58,329 nucleotides of DNA from Chiloscyllium plagiosum (GCF_004010195.1 NC_057749.1:22329703-22388031), one strand, 5' to 3'; numbered from the stretch's first letter, positions 22,803-36,436 are shown. A program made the numbers and translations. Notes: a model not told the origin generated them from the sequence alone.

Positions 22803-23651
22803 CTCTTACTAATGTACTTATCCCACTAACTTTTAAATGTTATAACTGTACCCACATCCACCACTTCCTCTGTAAATTCATTCCACACACAAACTGCCCT
22901 CTGCGTGTAAAAAAAACTGCCCATTTTAAAAAAAATCTTTCTCCCACCTTAAAAACATGTCCCCTGGTTTTGAAATTCCCCTTCCTGGGTAAGAGATATC
23001 AGCTAATCACTTTATCTATATACCCATCATGATTTCATAAACATCTATAAAGTTCCTATAGCTAGAAAAGGCTGGAATAACAGAATTGTTACAGCACAGG
23101 AGGCGGCCATTTGCTCCATTGTGTTTTCACTGGTTCTCCAGATGAGCATTATGGCGTAGTGCCCTGTGCCAGCCTTTTCACTGTAACCTGTGCATGCTAT
23201 TTAATGAGATGCAATCTAAAGGCCTGTTGAATGTCTCAGTTGAACCGCTTTCTCCACACTTCCAGGCAGTATACACCAGCCCTGCACCACTTGCCAGTGT
23301 GAAAAAGTATTTTCACACGGGTCACATTTGCTTCTTTTGCAAATTACTTCAAATCTGCATCCTCTTTGACCCTTTTAAGTGCGGAATGGTTTCTCCTCAT
23401 CTAACTTATTCAGACGCCATTATGATTCTGAAAATTTCTATTCCACCTCCTCCCATGGAGCAGTTCTTTCTTGGCAAAATGCATCCTTATCCCGGAGCCA
23501 TTCTTGGAAAGCCCTTCTGCACACTCTCCAATGAGTGCACATTCTTCCTAAAGCGAGGGCACACAGTACTCCAGCTGAGGTCAACTCAGGTCTGATACAA
23601 GTACAGCATCATCTCCTAGCTCTTGTATTACAAGGTGATTTTATGGAGAAG

Positions 23652-24260
23652 TGGTGATGCTGTGACTTTAAGAGGTGTATTTTTGAGAGAGAAATTGAAC
23701 GAGAGACAACAAGCAGTCTATGCTAACATAAGCAGCTTGTGAGGATTTGGAGTTTTTTTAATATAAGTTAAAACAATAGAAGCAACCTGGATGGGTGTCA
23801 CATACCAGGATTTCAAGCTTTTTCTTTTAGCTTTTAGATTCAGCAGAAGCTGCTGTAATCTTGATGAAGTAGAAGTTATTTTCCCTCCCACCTCAGTTAC
23901 AGCTGGAAGCTGGGGTTTCTCTTCCTATTGCAGGCACATGAGAGAGAAAATCTGTTCTCTGAATTTGCCTTTCTGACGAGAGGTGTATTTATGGGCTGTT
24001 ACTACATTGGAACAGTTAACTAGTAATAGTTACTCAGTCATTATTTGGATAAGTTTTCCACTAGAGTTAAGTTATCCTAAGTTCTTCTTTCTTTTGTTGC
24101 ATTTTAACTGTTGTGTTTGAATAAATTGTGTTTTGCTTAATGTCAAGTAATTTGACCAATCGAATTGCATCTGGAACACAGTACATTACACTTGCCTTTG
24201 AAATAGAAAAGGTTAGGGTCTAGGCAACCTTCTTAATATACTTTGCTCTGGTCCATAATA
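23652..24260 (+). mobile_element. Solo-LTR-like repeat (copy 2, uninterrupted)
   Basis: GTGGTGATGCTGTG ... AATAAATTGTGTTTTGCTTAA ... GGTCCATAATA; homologous to 14900-15847. Confidence 0.7.
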
Positions 24261-24492
24261 GAGGCCATTTAAGATTATGAGAAGATTTGATTATGTTCAG
24301 GTGCAGAAGCTTAGTCAATATACAGAAAGTCCAAACTTAGAGGCTTTTTTTTATTAATTCACCTATGGGATGCTGCTTATAGACCTTTCACATTAGACAT
24401 AGAAGCTTTCTCAAATCCTGTGACATATGAGACAAGCAAAGCACATGCTTACATGTGTTGCCTGAGCCAATTTTCCTGCAACATGTTTTGTC

Positions 24493-24588
24493 GTTCCTGA
24501 TGAAGGGCCTTTGCCTGAAACGTCAATTTTCTTTCTTCACAGATGCTGTCTGACCTGCTATGCTTTTCCAGCACCACTCTAATCTTGA
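24493..24588 (+). mobile_element. Penelope pLTR fragment with intact hammerhead core
   Basis: CTGATGA (24497) A GGGC cttt GCCT GAAA C GTC; helix I is weak. Confidence 0.78.
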
Positions 24589-25470
24589 GCCTGTTGTCAA
24601 AGGCTGTACCTTGAGTAGGATCCCTCTACATCAAACATGACCAGCTCATTTAACCACCACCCCCCAGCTGTTTGGTGAGTTAGGATTGCACCTTCTGTGG
24701 CCATCATACCCACCCTGGAGTTTACACTGAGGAATACAAAATAAGAGCCAAAGTAAATCATTCTGCTGCTCGAGTCTGTTGCAATATGACCACAGCAGCC
24801 GCGATTGTGTTTTGATGTGATTTTCTTCGCTAGCCTTTGATTTCCTTCCCTAACAAGAGTCTACCAACTTTTGTCTTAAAAATACTTAACGACCCCTCCT
24901 CCACTGATATCAGAGGAAGACAGTTCTAAAGTCACAAAACCCTGAGAATAAAATGGGCTACACCTAATGTTAAACACTATCCCTTACTTTGAAGCCGAAC
25001 CCTAAATATCAAGAGGGAACTCTTTACCACGGCCACCTCGTCAAGACCACTCAGGATTTTATAAACTTCAACCAAGTCATCCCTTGCTCTTCTAAACCAT
25101 GTTCAATCTGTCCCACCTTCCCTCATAAGACAACTTACTCAAACCAACTAACTATCTATCTAGTGCACCCCTTCCAAACTGCCAGACACTACTCACACTT
25201 CCACAACCAATGCTGGAGATCACAGTGGGTCAGGCAGCATCCATGGAGAGACAGCAAGCTAACGTTTCAAGTCTAGATGACACTTTATCAGAGCTGAAGT
25301 GAAGTGCGGAGGGGGCACCATTTATGCAAATGCGGGGGGGGTGGNGGGGGGGGGGGGAGTGTGGAGACTGGGGGAGAAAGGAATGCTGATTGTGCAGAAT
25401 AAGTGATCAGAATGTGAGAATGACAGAACAATGGTGTGTTTACCTGCCAGACTGGAAAGAACATAGAGTC

Positions 25471-25850
25471 GAGCAGGTCAGGCAGCATCCCAGCAGCAGG
25501 AGAATCAACATTTCGGGCAAGAGCCTTTCATCAGGAATCCTGATGAAGGGTTTATGTCCCAAACATGGATTCTCTGGCTCCTCGGATGCCGGACCTGCTG
25601 TGCTTTTCCAGCATGACTCTAACCTTGACTGTTCTACTCCCTTGCTCTGTCAGCCCTGGCTCCTTTTAAGTATTGATTTAGTTCCCCTAAAAGTTTATTA
25701 GTGAGCATCCATTGTTCTGTAATTTATTGTAGTTGTTTGCTGATTTAACCACCATTAATTGTAGTTAGAAGTGCAAGTGAAGTGTATTGATAGTTTCCAG
25801 CACCACACTCCTGACTCTGACCCTCAGCATCTGCAGTCCTCACTTTCTCC
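25471..25850. mobile_element. Fold-back Penelope pLTR dimer carrying a captured host segment, nested in an older minus-strand Penelope remnant (~25210-26200)
   Basis: Symmetry centre TTCATCAGGA-A-TCCTGATGAA (25527-25547). 25620-25795 is an inverted copy of 28870-29090. The pLTR tail resumes at 25795. Confidence 0.8.
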
Positions 25851-26949
25851 TGGAAAGAAGACAGTCCAGCTGGGGTGGGGAGAGGGGAGAGAAGGTGACA
25901 GAGAACGCAACAAGCAAAGCAAAAAGAAAAGGGAAGGAATGGGTTCACAATTTGAAGCTACTGAACTCGTTACTGAGCTCAGAAGGCTGTCAAATGCCCG
26001 GTTTGAAGAGTTGTCTGAAATGGCAGATGATGATCCTTTGAATGCAAAGGCAGGTGAAATGAAATGTGAGAACAAGGGGGACCCGATCACACTGAGTAAT
26101 GGGAAGGATCAAGAGTGGACATGTGGGTGAAAGGTCGGATTGGGTTCAGGTCCTTGTCAACCATTGTGGGTGTGAAACCACGCTTACTGAAGAAGGAAAC
26201 CGCATCAGCAGCCATTACGCACTGTAATCTTTTGTATTCTGTTCAGATTCCAGCATCTGCAGTAATTTGCTCCTTTCCCCATACATTTACTAGCCATCCC
26301 AAATATTCCCTCAACAATATAAATTGTGAGTCAACTTCTTGAATACAACCGAGTGGCTTGCAGTGCCATTTCAGAGGGCAGTTCAAAGTCAAGCCCATTG
26401 TTCCAAGTTCTTGTCACATGTGGGCCTGAACAGATAAGGATTTCCCTCTCTAAAGGGCACGAGTGAACTTCTCCCAGGCTGGAGAGGGGGAGGATAGGAT
26501 GGACTTGGGTTTTGATGGATCAAAGTGAACAGCCCAATCTTTGGACTTGCTATTTCGACAGGGTAGGGCTTAAACACCGATGGTATTGACCTATTTTTCT
26601 AAATGAAAATTAGGTAACAATCAAAAATAAATTGTGAATAAAACGGTTATAACTGAAATTCATCCTTAGTATTTTTTTAGATAATTGCTCCAAAGCAGCC
26701 AGAAAACTGGTTATGCTCTGATGGTTAGATTTGTATTCATGGAATATGGCAACCAGTATTTACTTCTCATTCCTGATGGCCTGGAAAAAGATAGTGGTGA
26801 GCTGCCTTCTTGAGTACACAATGGAGTGATCTGTTTGGCTATTCCAAAAGGATATTGCTGTAGGTTCGGAGGCACAGACAGGTAAAGTTAGCAGACTTCC
26901 GTCTTCAAGGACAGCAACGAAATACAAAGTTTGCATAACAATCCAGTCG

Positions 26950-27280
26950 TAGAATTCCTACGAGATGGAAGCAGGCCATTCGGCCCACTGAATCTGCACT
27001 GACCCTCTGAAGAGTATCCCACCCAGACTCAGCCCTATCCCTGTAATCCTGCACCTCCCATGGCTAACCCACTTAGCCTGCACATTCCTGGACACTGTGG
27101 GCAATTTAGTACGGGCAATCCACTCTAACCTGCACATCTCTGGACTGAGAGAGGAAACCAGAGCACCCAGAGGAAACCCACACAGACACGGGGAAAACGT
27201 GCAAACTCCACAGACAGTCGTCCAAGGATGAAATCAAACCCAGGTCCCTACCGCTGTGGGGCAGTAGTCATAACCACCAC
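26950..27280 (-). mobile_element. HE1-like V-SINE, diverged
   Basis: V core and tail recognisable. Confidence 0.82.
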
Positions 27281-27892
27281 GTACCCTTATTCCAAAAGAT
27301 TGACATAGTTGGCCCCATATTGTGAGATTCCCACATCTCAGATGAGGGAATCCCGGATATTGTGGGCTGAGAGAAATGGTTGGGCAGTAGATCAAATAGA
27401 AGATTTGGTTTGGGAGAATGTTTGAGGTCTTCTCATTAAAAAAAAAAATCTGAAAACAGCACTTAAAATAGATGTTTAAAATCAGTTTGTGGAGACATTG
27501 CAGACGGTTAAGGGTAAATAATAGGTGACAGAAATATTCTCAACCAGCCTGAATGCTGTGACTGACTTGCACAAGAGATTTGCAAATGCCTGAAACACAA
27601 CTGATAAGAACATAAGAAACAAGAGTAGACTATTTGGCCCATTGAGGCTGCTCCACCATTCAATACAGTCAGGACTGATCTCGGATTTCAACCAGATTTT
27701 CCCACCTGCTCCCCATTTCCCTTGATCCCTGACAGACAACATTCCATTGAAGCAGTTTAGAGTCAGGCAACATTCCATTGTCCTACTGGGAGGTTCGGGA
27801 CATTGACTGGCATTCGCTTCTCCATGGACGTCCATGGTGCAGAAAACAATATTGCAGAGGAGGTTGCTGAGAAACCAAAATCTGATCCACCA

Positions 27893-28615
27893 CAGTCAGA
27901 CAGATGTACAGCATGGAAAGAGACCCTTCGGTCCAACTTGTCCACGCTGACCAGATATCCTAAATTAATCTAGTCCCATTTGCCAGCATTTGGGCCATAT
28001 CCCTCCAAATCCTCTCTTTTCATGTACCCATCCAGATGCCTTTTAAATGCTGTAATTGTACCAGCCTCCACCACTTCCTCTGGCAGCTCATTCCAAACAC
28101 GCACTACGGTTCGTGTGACAATGTCGTCCTCTCAGTTCCCTTTTAAATCTTTCCCCTCTCACCTTCACCCTATGCCCTATAGTTTTGGACTCCCCTACCT
28201 TGGCTATTTGCCCTATCCACACCTCTCATGATTTTATAAAGCTCTATAAGGTCACCCCTCAGTCTCTGAAGCTCCAGGGAAAAAATGCCCCAGACTGTAT
28301 ACCCTCTCCCTATAGCTCAAACCCTCCAAACCCGGTAACATCCTTGTCAAGCTTTCTCGCAACTTTTCAAGTTTAATTACATCTTTCCTATAGCAGGGAG
28401 ACCAGAATTGCATGCAATATTCCAAGCAGTGGTCTAACAATGTCCTGTACAGCTGCATCATGACATCCCAACTCCTATAATAAAAGCACTGGCCAATAAA
28501 GGCAAGCACACCAAATGCCTGCTTCACCACCCCCATCCCCGTCCATCTGCAACTCCACTTTCAAAGGAACTATGAACCTCCATCTCTACGTCTTTTTGTT
28601 CAGCAACACTCCCCT
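27893..28615 (-). mobile_element. CR1 3' fragment
   Basis: KQAFGVLAFIG...LEYCMQFWSPCYRKDVIKLE plus 3' UTR. Confidence 0.88.
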
Positions 28616-28619
28616 CTCC

Positions 28620-28775
28620 AGCCACACCCGCTCTCATTTATCTCTCCACCTCCTCCGAGGCTCCCAGCCATTTTCCGGATGAAGGACTTTTGCCCAAAAC
28701 GTCGATTTTCCTGCTCCTCGGATGCTGCCTGATTTGCTGTGCTTTTCCAGCACCGCTCTGATCATCACTCTCCAG
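28620..28775 (+). mobile_element. Penelope pLTR fragment, hammerhead core mutated
   Basis: CGGATGA...CAAAACGTCGATT followed by the family tail GGATGCTGCCTGATTTGCTGTGCTTTTCCAGCA. Confidence 0.8.
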
Positions 28776-29084
28776 GGCCCTACCATTATTCTTAAAGGAA
28801 TTCAACGACGGAGCATTCACAATTCTCTGAGATGGCAAATTCCAAAGATTCGCAACCTTTTGAAATAACAACTATTAATACACTTCACTTGCACTTCTAA
28901 TCACAAATAATGGTGGTACTATCAGCAAACAATTACAAGAAATTATTACACATGTTCTGTAGTTATTAGTGTCTGAATTGCACCTTTTGGAACAATGGAT
29001 GCTCACTAATAAATTTTTAATGGAACTGAATCAATACTTAAAGGGAGCCAGGGCTGACAGGTAGAGCAAGGGAGTAGAACAGTT

Positions 29085-29650
29085 AAGATTAGAGTGGTGC
29101 TGGAAAAGCACAGCAGGTCAGGCAGCATCTGAGAAGCAGGAAAATCGACTTTTTGGGCTAAAGCCCATCATCAGGAATGAGGCTGGGAGCCTCGGGGGGG
29201 GTGGAGAGATAAATGGGAAGGGGTGGGGCTGGGGGGAAGGTAGCTGAGAGTGCAATATGTGCATAGAGGTGGGGGGGAAAGTAATAGGTCAGAGGCAGGT
29301 GCAGCAGATAGGTTGGAAGGAAGATTGACAGGTGGGACAGGTCATGAAGACATTGCTAAGCTGGCAGGTTGGAACTGGGGTAAGGTAGTGGGGAGGGGAA
29401 ATGAGGAAACTGGTGAAGTCCGCATTGATGCTCTGGGGTTGAAGGGTGCCGAGGCGTCCTTCCTCCAGGCGTCGGGTGGTGATGGAGGAGGCCCAGGACC
29501 TGCATGTCCTCGGCAGAGTGGGAGGGGGAGTTGAAATGTTTGGCCACCGGGCGGTGGGGCTGATTGGTGCGGGTGCTGCAGAGATGTTCTCTGAAGCACT
29601 CTGCGAGGAGGAGTCCAGTCTCCCCAATGTAGAGGGAGTAGAAGAGTCAA
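29085..29650 (-). mobile_element. Penelope-like element 3' part (GIY-YIG endonuclease end plus pLTR)
   Basis: Minus strand encodes LYIGETGLLLAE-C-FREH, VAKHFNSPSHSAEDMQVLGL and RLGTLQPQSINADF. Confidence 0.88.
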
Positions 29651-29853
29651 CATGGGTGCTATGGGTGGAATGGTCCCTTCCTGTGCTGAGGAACCAATTG
29701 CATGATTGTCGTAATTTGCTGAAGTACAATGGCATAGGGTATCCACCATGTGTTTAGAGGTAGAGAGTTTATAACATAGACAGACCACGTCCAACTGTTT
29801 CTATTTCCACGTGACAAGAGTTTGAAATGGAGGGTTCGATTACAAAATCTTAC

Positions 29854-30038
29854 TTTTTCCTCAAAGATGTCATGTCTTTCAGGTTTGTCCAATGTCATGC
29901 TTGACACAGCTACATAATATCTTTTAGTCATCAACAGATCCAGAGGAGCTTCATAAAACAGTTGGTTCTTCTCTCTCACCGTGAGGGTTTTCTTTACAAG
30001 TGGTGAGTCAATGAAGACAGCTTTCACCAACGCACCTC
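29854..30038 (-). CDS. ICE2: ICE2 exon, 185 bp, phase 1 to 0
   Basis: ttttcaaag|GA ... AAA|gtaaga. Encodes VKAVFIDSPLVKKTLTVREKNQLFYEAPL...LDKPE versus recalled human VIYINSPLPQKKMTMRERNQIFHEVPL...MDKPE. Confidence 0.94.
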
Positions 30039-30267
30039 CTTTGAAAAGAAAAACGAGTGTTTGCATCTGTCTGCTTACAGTCATTAAACACCAAAAAAAA
30101 GACAATACACAGGGCTGGAGGCCGGAGCAAAGCAAGATAGTCTGGGGGCCCAGAATGGAGTGGCTGAGGGCTGGGGCAGAACAGGGACAGTTTTTGGACT
30201 GGGGACCAGTGTGGGCGGTCAGACCACATGTGGAAGCCCCTTACGTTGATCTATGGCAGACCCTTTA

Positions 30268-31016
30268 CTGTATATACTCGAGTAATAGCCACTCAATCTC
30301 ATGTAAAGACTGACCCCCTATTTTTGGCCAAATAAGTCGGAATTTTCCATATATCTCGTGTAAAGGTTGACCCTCGTTCTTCGCAGATGACAGATCAATG
30401 TTTATGAGTGGGTGTGCCGGCTGTCATGCCTCACTCCACCGTTGCAGTCTACCGCTTGTTCTGCTCCGCTCCCGGTCTTCCAGTCCGCTGGCTGTTGTGT
30501 GCCACCTCAGGTTTTCAGAATTACCATAATTCGTTTTCTTGTCTTTACTCGTTTATGGAGATCTGTTGGGCTTCTGCGAATGATGCGGTATGCATTTTGA
30601 CAGGCATGAATTTCAGCCCCTCAAAAATAGTACCCATGTCATAGCCGACACAATAAATTTAAGATTAGATTAGATTCCCTAGAGTATGGAAACAGGCGCA
30701 TCAGCCCAACAAGTCCACACTAACTCACTGAGGACTAACCCACCCAGACCCATTCTATATTTACCCCTGACTAATGCACCTAACACTACGGGCAATTTAG
30801 CATGGCCAATTCACTTGACCTGCACATCTTTGGACTGTGGGAAGAAACCCACGCAGACACGGGGAGAATGTGCAAACTCCACACAGACAGTCGCCTGAGG
30901 CTGGAATCAAACCCGGGTCCCTGGCGCTGTGAGGCAGCAGTGCAAAGCACTGAGCTGCCTAAACTTAACCCTAAACAGTAGTCAAAAAATTTTGACTGTT
31001 ACACAAGTATATACGG
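30268..31016. mobile_element. Non-autonomous Tc1/mariner-class (Tc2/pogo-like) DNA transposon with nested HE1 SINE (30663-30959)
   Basis: TA|CTGTATATACTCGAGTAATAGCC ... GACTGTTACACAAGTATATACGG|TA: imperfect TIRs with TA duplication. The nested SINE is flanked by TAAATTTAA and TAAACTTAA. Confidence 0.8.
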
Positions 31017-31186
31017 TAACTTCATTTGTTATTTTTCTAACTTTTACTATGAATAACTGTAAAGAAATGTAACCTTGTTTATTTCTCTATTTTGTATCTA
31101 AAATTTGTACCCAGGGACTTTGAACTTAAAATGGCAGCATGTGGGGTGCCATTGTAAACTTGTCACTGTACTCCTGTACTTGAATT

Positions 31187-31360
31187 CAGAGGAACCTCGA
31201 TTATCCGGTATTCAATTAACTGGATATCGGATTATCCTACAAGATTGCAAGGTCCCGATGCTCGGCTAAACTATGTTATCCAGCATTCGATTATCCGGAA
31301 TTTGTTTAACCAAACGGAATACTCCCCGCCTGTCTCCTCTGGATAATCAAGGCTCCTCTG
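31187..31360. mobile_element. 174-bp Tigger/pogo-like MITE
   Basis: TIRs CAGAGGAACCTCGATTATCC and GGATAATCAAGGCTCCTCTG followed by TA; internal GATTATCC repeats. Confidence 0.8.
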
Positions 31361-31997
31361 TACACATGACAACATACCCAATTCCGTTTCTAATAATTTG
31401 CCTCATGCATCAAGGGTTCAAACTCAGATCTGAAGTAAATATCTCCAGCCAACATCAAATCCGTCACTACCAAAAAACCAACAGCAGAAAACGTGACAGA
31501 ATAGCACATCGAAACACGGCCTGTTCTGAAATGGAATAGGCTTTAAAAAAAGCTAAGAATGCAAAAAGAGGGTGTAAGGGACAGCCGATACGGCTGGCTA
31601 AGCTGTTATTACACTTTATGCCTATTATTTCAAGAACTTAAAGTCTCGGCAATGCAAAGGGAACACGTCCAGCACCACCCATTGGCCAAAACACGATATT
31701 CTCAACCTGTGAACATTTCCCACTGTACATCTTGCTGTGTTCAGGCCCATTGTTGACACAGCATTTCTGCACGAGAGACTATCAAATTAATAAAATAGTG
31801 CTAATGAACCTTAAAGGTAGGAAATATGACAAAAAAAGCAAAATATTATTTAAATGGAGAATAACTGCAGAATGCTGTAGTAGAGTGATCTGGGAGTCCT
31901 TATTCATGAAAACCAAAGTGAACACATGGTAATAATAAGCAGTAAGGAAAGCCAGTGGAATGTTGATCTTCATTGCAACAGGAATGGAGTGTGAAAG

Positions 31998-32582
31998 CAG
32001 AGTCATACTGCATGGAAACAGACCCTTTGGTCCAACTTGTCCTTGCTGACCAAGTTTCCCAAACTAAACTCGTACTATTTGTCTGCATTTGGACAAGACC
32101 CCTCTAAACCTTTCGTGTATCTATCCATATGTCTTTTTAATGTTGTAACTGCAATGCATCTACCAACTCCTCTGGCAGTTCATTCCATACTCGAACCACA
32201 GTGTGTTTGAAAAGGTTGCCCCTCAGGTACCTTCTAAATCTTTATCCTCTCACCAGAGTTGTGAACTCTTCCTTGGAAAAGACGTCTGCTATTCACCTTA
32301 TCTATGGCCCTCATGATTTTATGAACTCATCTCAACCTCCTACACCGCAGGGCTAAAGCTCCCGGCTTATCCAGCTTCTCCTTATAACTCGAACTCTAGA
32401 GGCCTGGTGACATCCTGGTCATTCTTTTCTGTACCTTCTCCAATTTAATAACATCCTTCCTATAGCAGGCGACCAGAACCGTACTCCAAAAGTCGCCTCA
32501 CCAACGTCCTATACAACGGCAACATGACGTTCCAATTCCTAAACTCAATGGTCTTTACCACCCTGTGATGCAACTTCCAATG
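31998..32582 (-). mobile_element. CR1 3' fragment
   Basis: CR1 UTR and C-terminal coding remnants, similar to 10115-10688. Confidence 0.8.
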
Positions 32583-32947
32583 AACTATTGTTTATAACTA
32601 CACCAAAACAACCAATTTTTCTTTTTAATTTAAACTTGCAATACATGCAAATTCTTCAAATTTCCTTATTTGATCATGGAATATGGGTGTTGCTGGCTGT
32701 GCCAGTATTTGATGCCAATCCCCATTTGCCCTTGAGAAATTGATGGTGAGGTGTGTTCTTGAAAGAAGGTAGTCCAATTTTTGGTTGTGGTGGGTACATA
32801 CACACACAGGGTGTTGTCCAGAAGGGAATGACAGGATGTTTACCCAATGAGAGTGAAAGAAAGAAAATACAGATCTGATTCAGGATGTTGCATGGCTTGT
32901 AGGAGAACTTGCACGTGCTGGTATTTCCATGCATCTGCAGTTCTTGT

Positions 32948-33615
32948 CAGAGTCATACAGCACAGAAACATACCCTCCTGTCCAACCAGTCGATGCCGAA
33001 CTTAATCCCAAACTAAACCAGCCTGTCCTGCCTGTTCCTGGCCCATACCCCTCCAAACCTTTCCGATTCACATAATTATCCAAATGTCTTTTAAACATTG
33101 TAATTGTGCCCATATCCACCACTTCCAAAGGAAGTTCATTCCACATGCAAACCGTGTTAAACATTTTCCCCTTGTGTCTTTTTTAAATCTCTCTCTCCTC
33201 TCACCTTAAAAATGTGTCCCCTTGTCTTGAAATTCCCCACCCTAGGGAAAAGACAATACCATTAACTCTATCTATACTCCTCATTATTTTATAAACTTCT
33301 CTACCAGGTCACCTCTTAACCTCCTACGCTCAAACCTTCCATACTTGCCGACATCCTGATAAATCTCTTCTGAACCCTCTCCAGCTTAATATTATCCTTC
33401 TGATAACAGGGTGACCAGACCTGGACACAGTATTCCAGAAAAGGCCTCACCAATATCTTGTACAACCTCAACATGACTTCCCAACGCCTAAACTCAAATG
33501 ACTGAGCAATGAAGATAAGTGCACCAAACACCTTTTTATACTGCCTGTCTATATGTGATGCAAACTTCAAAGAATTATGTACCTGCACTCCAATGTCCCT
33601 CTATTCTACAACACT
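32948..33615 (-). mobile_element. CR1 3' fragment
   Basis: ORF 33316..33588 VMLRLYKILVRPFLEYCVQVWSP. Confidence 0.88.
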
Positions 33616-34764
33616 TGCGATAGTAGAGGTTATGGATTTGAAAAGTACTGTTGGTGGAGACTTGGCAAGTTGGTGCAATGCATTTCGTCCTGCGTACACT
33701 GTGAATTGGGTGGGAACGTTGACAGTGGTGGATGTGGTGCCAATCAAGCGGGTTGCTTTGTCCTGAACGGTGACATGCTTCTTGCCTGGAGCTGCATTCC
33801 ATCCAGGGCAAGCGAAGAGTACTTCTTCACACTCCTGACCGAGTCTTGTATGTTCTGAAAAGGCTTTAAGAAGTCAGGAATGGGAGGTCGCAAGGTGACT
33901 GAGGGGAGCTGGAAAACATGGAGGGAGGGAGAGTGAAAAGTGTGGCAGGAGAGAAAGGACAGGGAGGCTGCTCAGCTGGGTGGGAAGGTGAGATGGAAGC
34001 TACCAAGTGGACAGAACAGTTTTAAACCAGTCAAAGGAATATTGCACTCAGTAGGAGACAAGAAACCAAAATCCCACAGGGAATGAATTCTTGGCAAATG
34101 ACTTTGAAATCTCAAGGTTTAAGGTTATATACATTCAGGAGCTGCTAGAATTGGTTATTATTGTAATAAAAGTATCATTTGTTAAAGTTAAATCTGAGAT
34201 TGAAATCTGACATGCAGTAAAAGAGGGCAGTAATAGCCTGGTTAAAATCCTCTAGCTTCGTGCATATGTAGTGCAGAAGTATTTTCATCAATTTGTTTAG
34301 AAGAGCTATTATGCATCTCTTGAATGTGTAGAAACTTGAACCCGGGTCTCCTGGTTCAGGGGGAGGGACACTACCGCTGCACCACAAAAAGGTGTTAGCT
34401 TCAACCTCCCAGCCTGCAGATCATGTAGTTGCAGGTGCAGCTTTTTGTATGGATGTGTGTCAGTTATTTTGTAAAAACCTTTTGTTGCTAATGTATGTGT
34501 GTTGTCCTGTGATCATTTTTAAAACAAAATTCAGTCCCTCGGAAGTTAATAGTCTCCTTGGTGTATTGTGGCTTTCAGTTTAATGGTTCATTGATGGTTG
34601 TTGAGGATGTTGCTGAATTCTTCTAATTCTGCTTCAGTCCGAGTCTACGTATTTTGTATGTGAGCACAAATGCTGAAGGTATGGTTACTATTTGACCACA
34701 TTGACTAGTAAAGCGGTTAGTTGAGGATATAAAAGGAGTCCCTGAAAACCAAAAGGTAGAATTA

Positions 34765-35090
34765 TAAAATCCTTCTAGTGTGGACGCAGGTCATTCAGCC
34801 CATCGAGTCCACACCGACCCTCTAAAGTACATCCCACTCAGACCCACACCCCAACCCGATCCCTATAACCCTGCATTTCCCATGCGAGTCCCTGGATACG
34901 ATGGGCAATTTAACATGGTCATTCTGCCCAACCTATACACATCTTTGGATGGTGGAAGGAAACAGGAGAATCCAGAGGAAAATCACACAGACACAGGGAG
35001 AATGAGGAAAATCACACAGACACAGGGAGAATGAGGAAAATCACACAGACACAGGGAGAATGTGCAAACTCCACGCAGACAGTTCACCTC
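34765..35090 (-). mobile_element. Diverged HE1-like SINE with an internal 29-bp unit repeated three times
   Basis: GAGGAAAATCACACAGACACAGGGAGAAT x3 at ~34975-35061. Confidence 0.8.
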
Positions 35091-35204
35091 ACCAGTAACT
35101 AATGATCCTGTATGTTAACCAACCTGATCTGTTAAACAAGGACGAAGAACAAAGTAACAATTCCATAATTGGAGTGCAATTAGGAAACATGATAAGAGGC
35201 ATAC

Positions 35205-35364
35205 CTTTGCCAGAGACAGTTTTCACATGCACTGGAATTTCCCAGGGTTCTGTATAGTTTGGTGCACAATTATTCAACAGAGTGAACAACGCCTGACTGG
35301 TGAGAGACACCTTCGCTCCATATTTCACGCTCAACTTCTCTGCATTCTCATCATTGCTAATTTC
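35205..35364 (-). CDS. ICE2: ICE2 exon, 160 bp, phase 0 to 1
   Basis: gttgcag|GAA ... AAAG|gtatgc. Encodes EISNDENAEKLSVKYGAKVSLTSQALFTLLNNCAPNYTEPWEIPV versus recalled human DISKDPNAEKL...LTSQSLFTLLNNHGPTYKEQWEIPV. Confidence 0.95.
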
Positions 35365-36436
35365 CTGCAACACGTCATAACAAACAAATATTTCACACGT
35401 TGGAATAACTTGAATTTATATAGCACCTTTACGGGTTAATAAAGGCATTTCACAACAGCAATACTGAACAATATTTGGTACTGCCACACAAAGAAACGTT
35501 AAGACAGGAAACAGGAAGAACTTGGACAGAGAGGTGGAGTCTAAGGAGTATCTTGAAAGAGGAAGGACATGGAGAGGCAGTTATGGAGGGAACTCCAGAA
35601 CTCACAGCCCCAGTTACTGCCCATGAAGGGCAGCCACTAATGGAAGGTGGTGGAAATCACGGATCCACCAGATGAGCAGAAATTGAGAGATTGTGGAGGA
35701 ACAGGAATAATTGTCACAAATTTTAAATCATCAATAATAACGTATTAGGGTAGGGGAATGGGTCTGGGTGGGATACTCTTCGGAGGGTCGGTGTGGACTT
35801 GCCGGGCCGAATGGCCTGTTTCCACACTGGAGGGATTCTACGATTCTAATAAGACAAACTTGATGCAATTTTCATATCACATTAAAAATAAACATTGAGC
35901 TCTTATTATATTTTAGCTAATAATTGTTCGTAACAAGTAACAACGTGATTTTCTACACAATCAAATCAGGGCTGAGAATCTGTCCAAACCCCATCCATAA
36001 ACCCTTGTCACCATGTATCATACTTTCGTGCACACATTTCCCATTCTAATTCTGTACTTGGCAGAGAATTTCACTCTAACCCCTGCAACACTCAGTACTT
36101 GGAGACTCCAGCCTAAACTACCCGACAATAAAGGTCCTGTGCTTCAATCAACCCCAATCTCCGACTTAGCCCCAAGAAATTCAACATTCAAGCATGCAGA
36201 ATGGATTACTTTAAAATGAATGATTCTTATTTCATGGGCTGGGGGCATCACTGGCAAGAACAATAATTGTTGCCCATCCCTAACTGCCCTTGAACGGATT
36301 GGCTTGCTGGGTCATTTCAGGGGGCAGTTCAGAGACTACCACATTGCTGTGGGTTTGGAGTCACAGAGAGTCATGGAGAGACGTACAACACGGAAACAGA
36401 CCCTTTGGTCCAACTCATCCATGCTGACCAGATATC

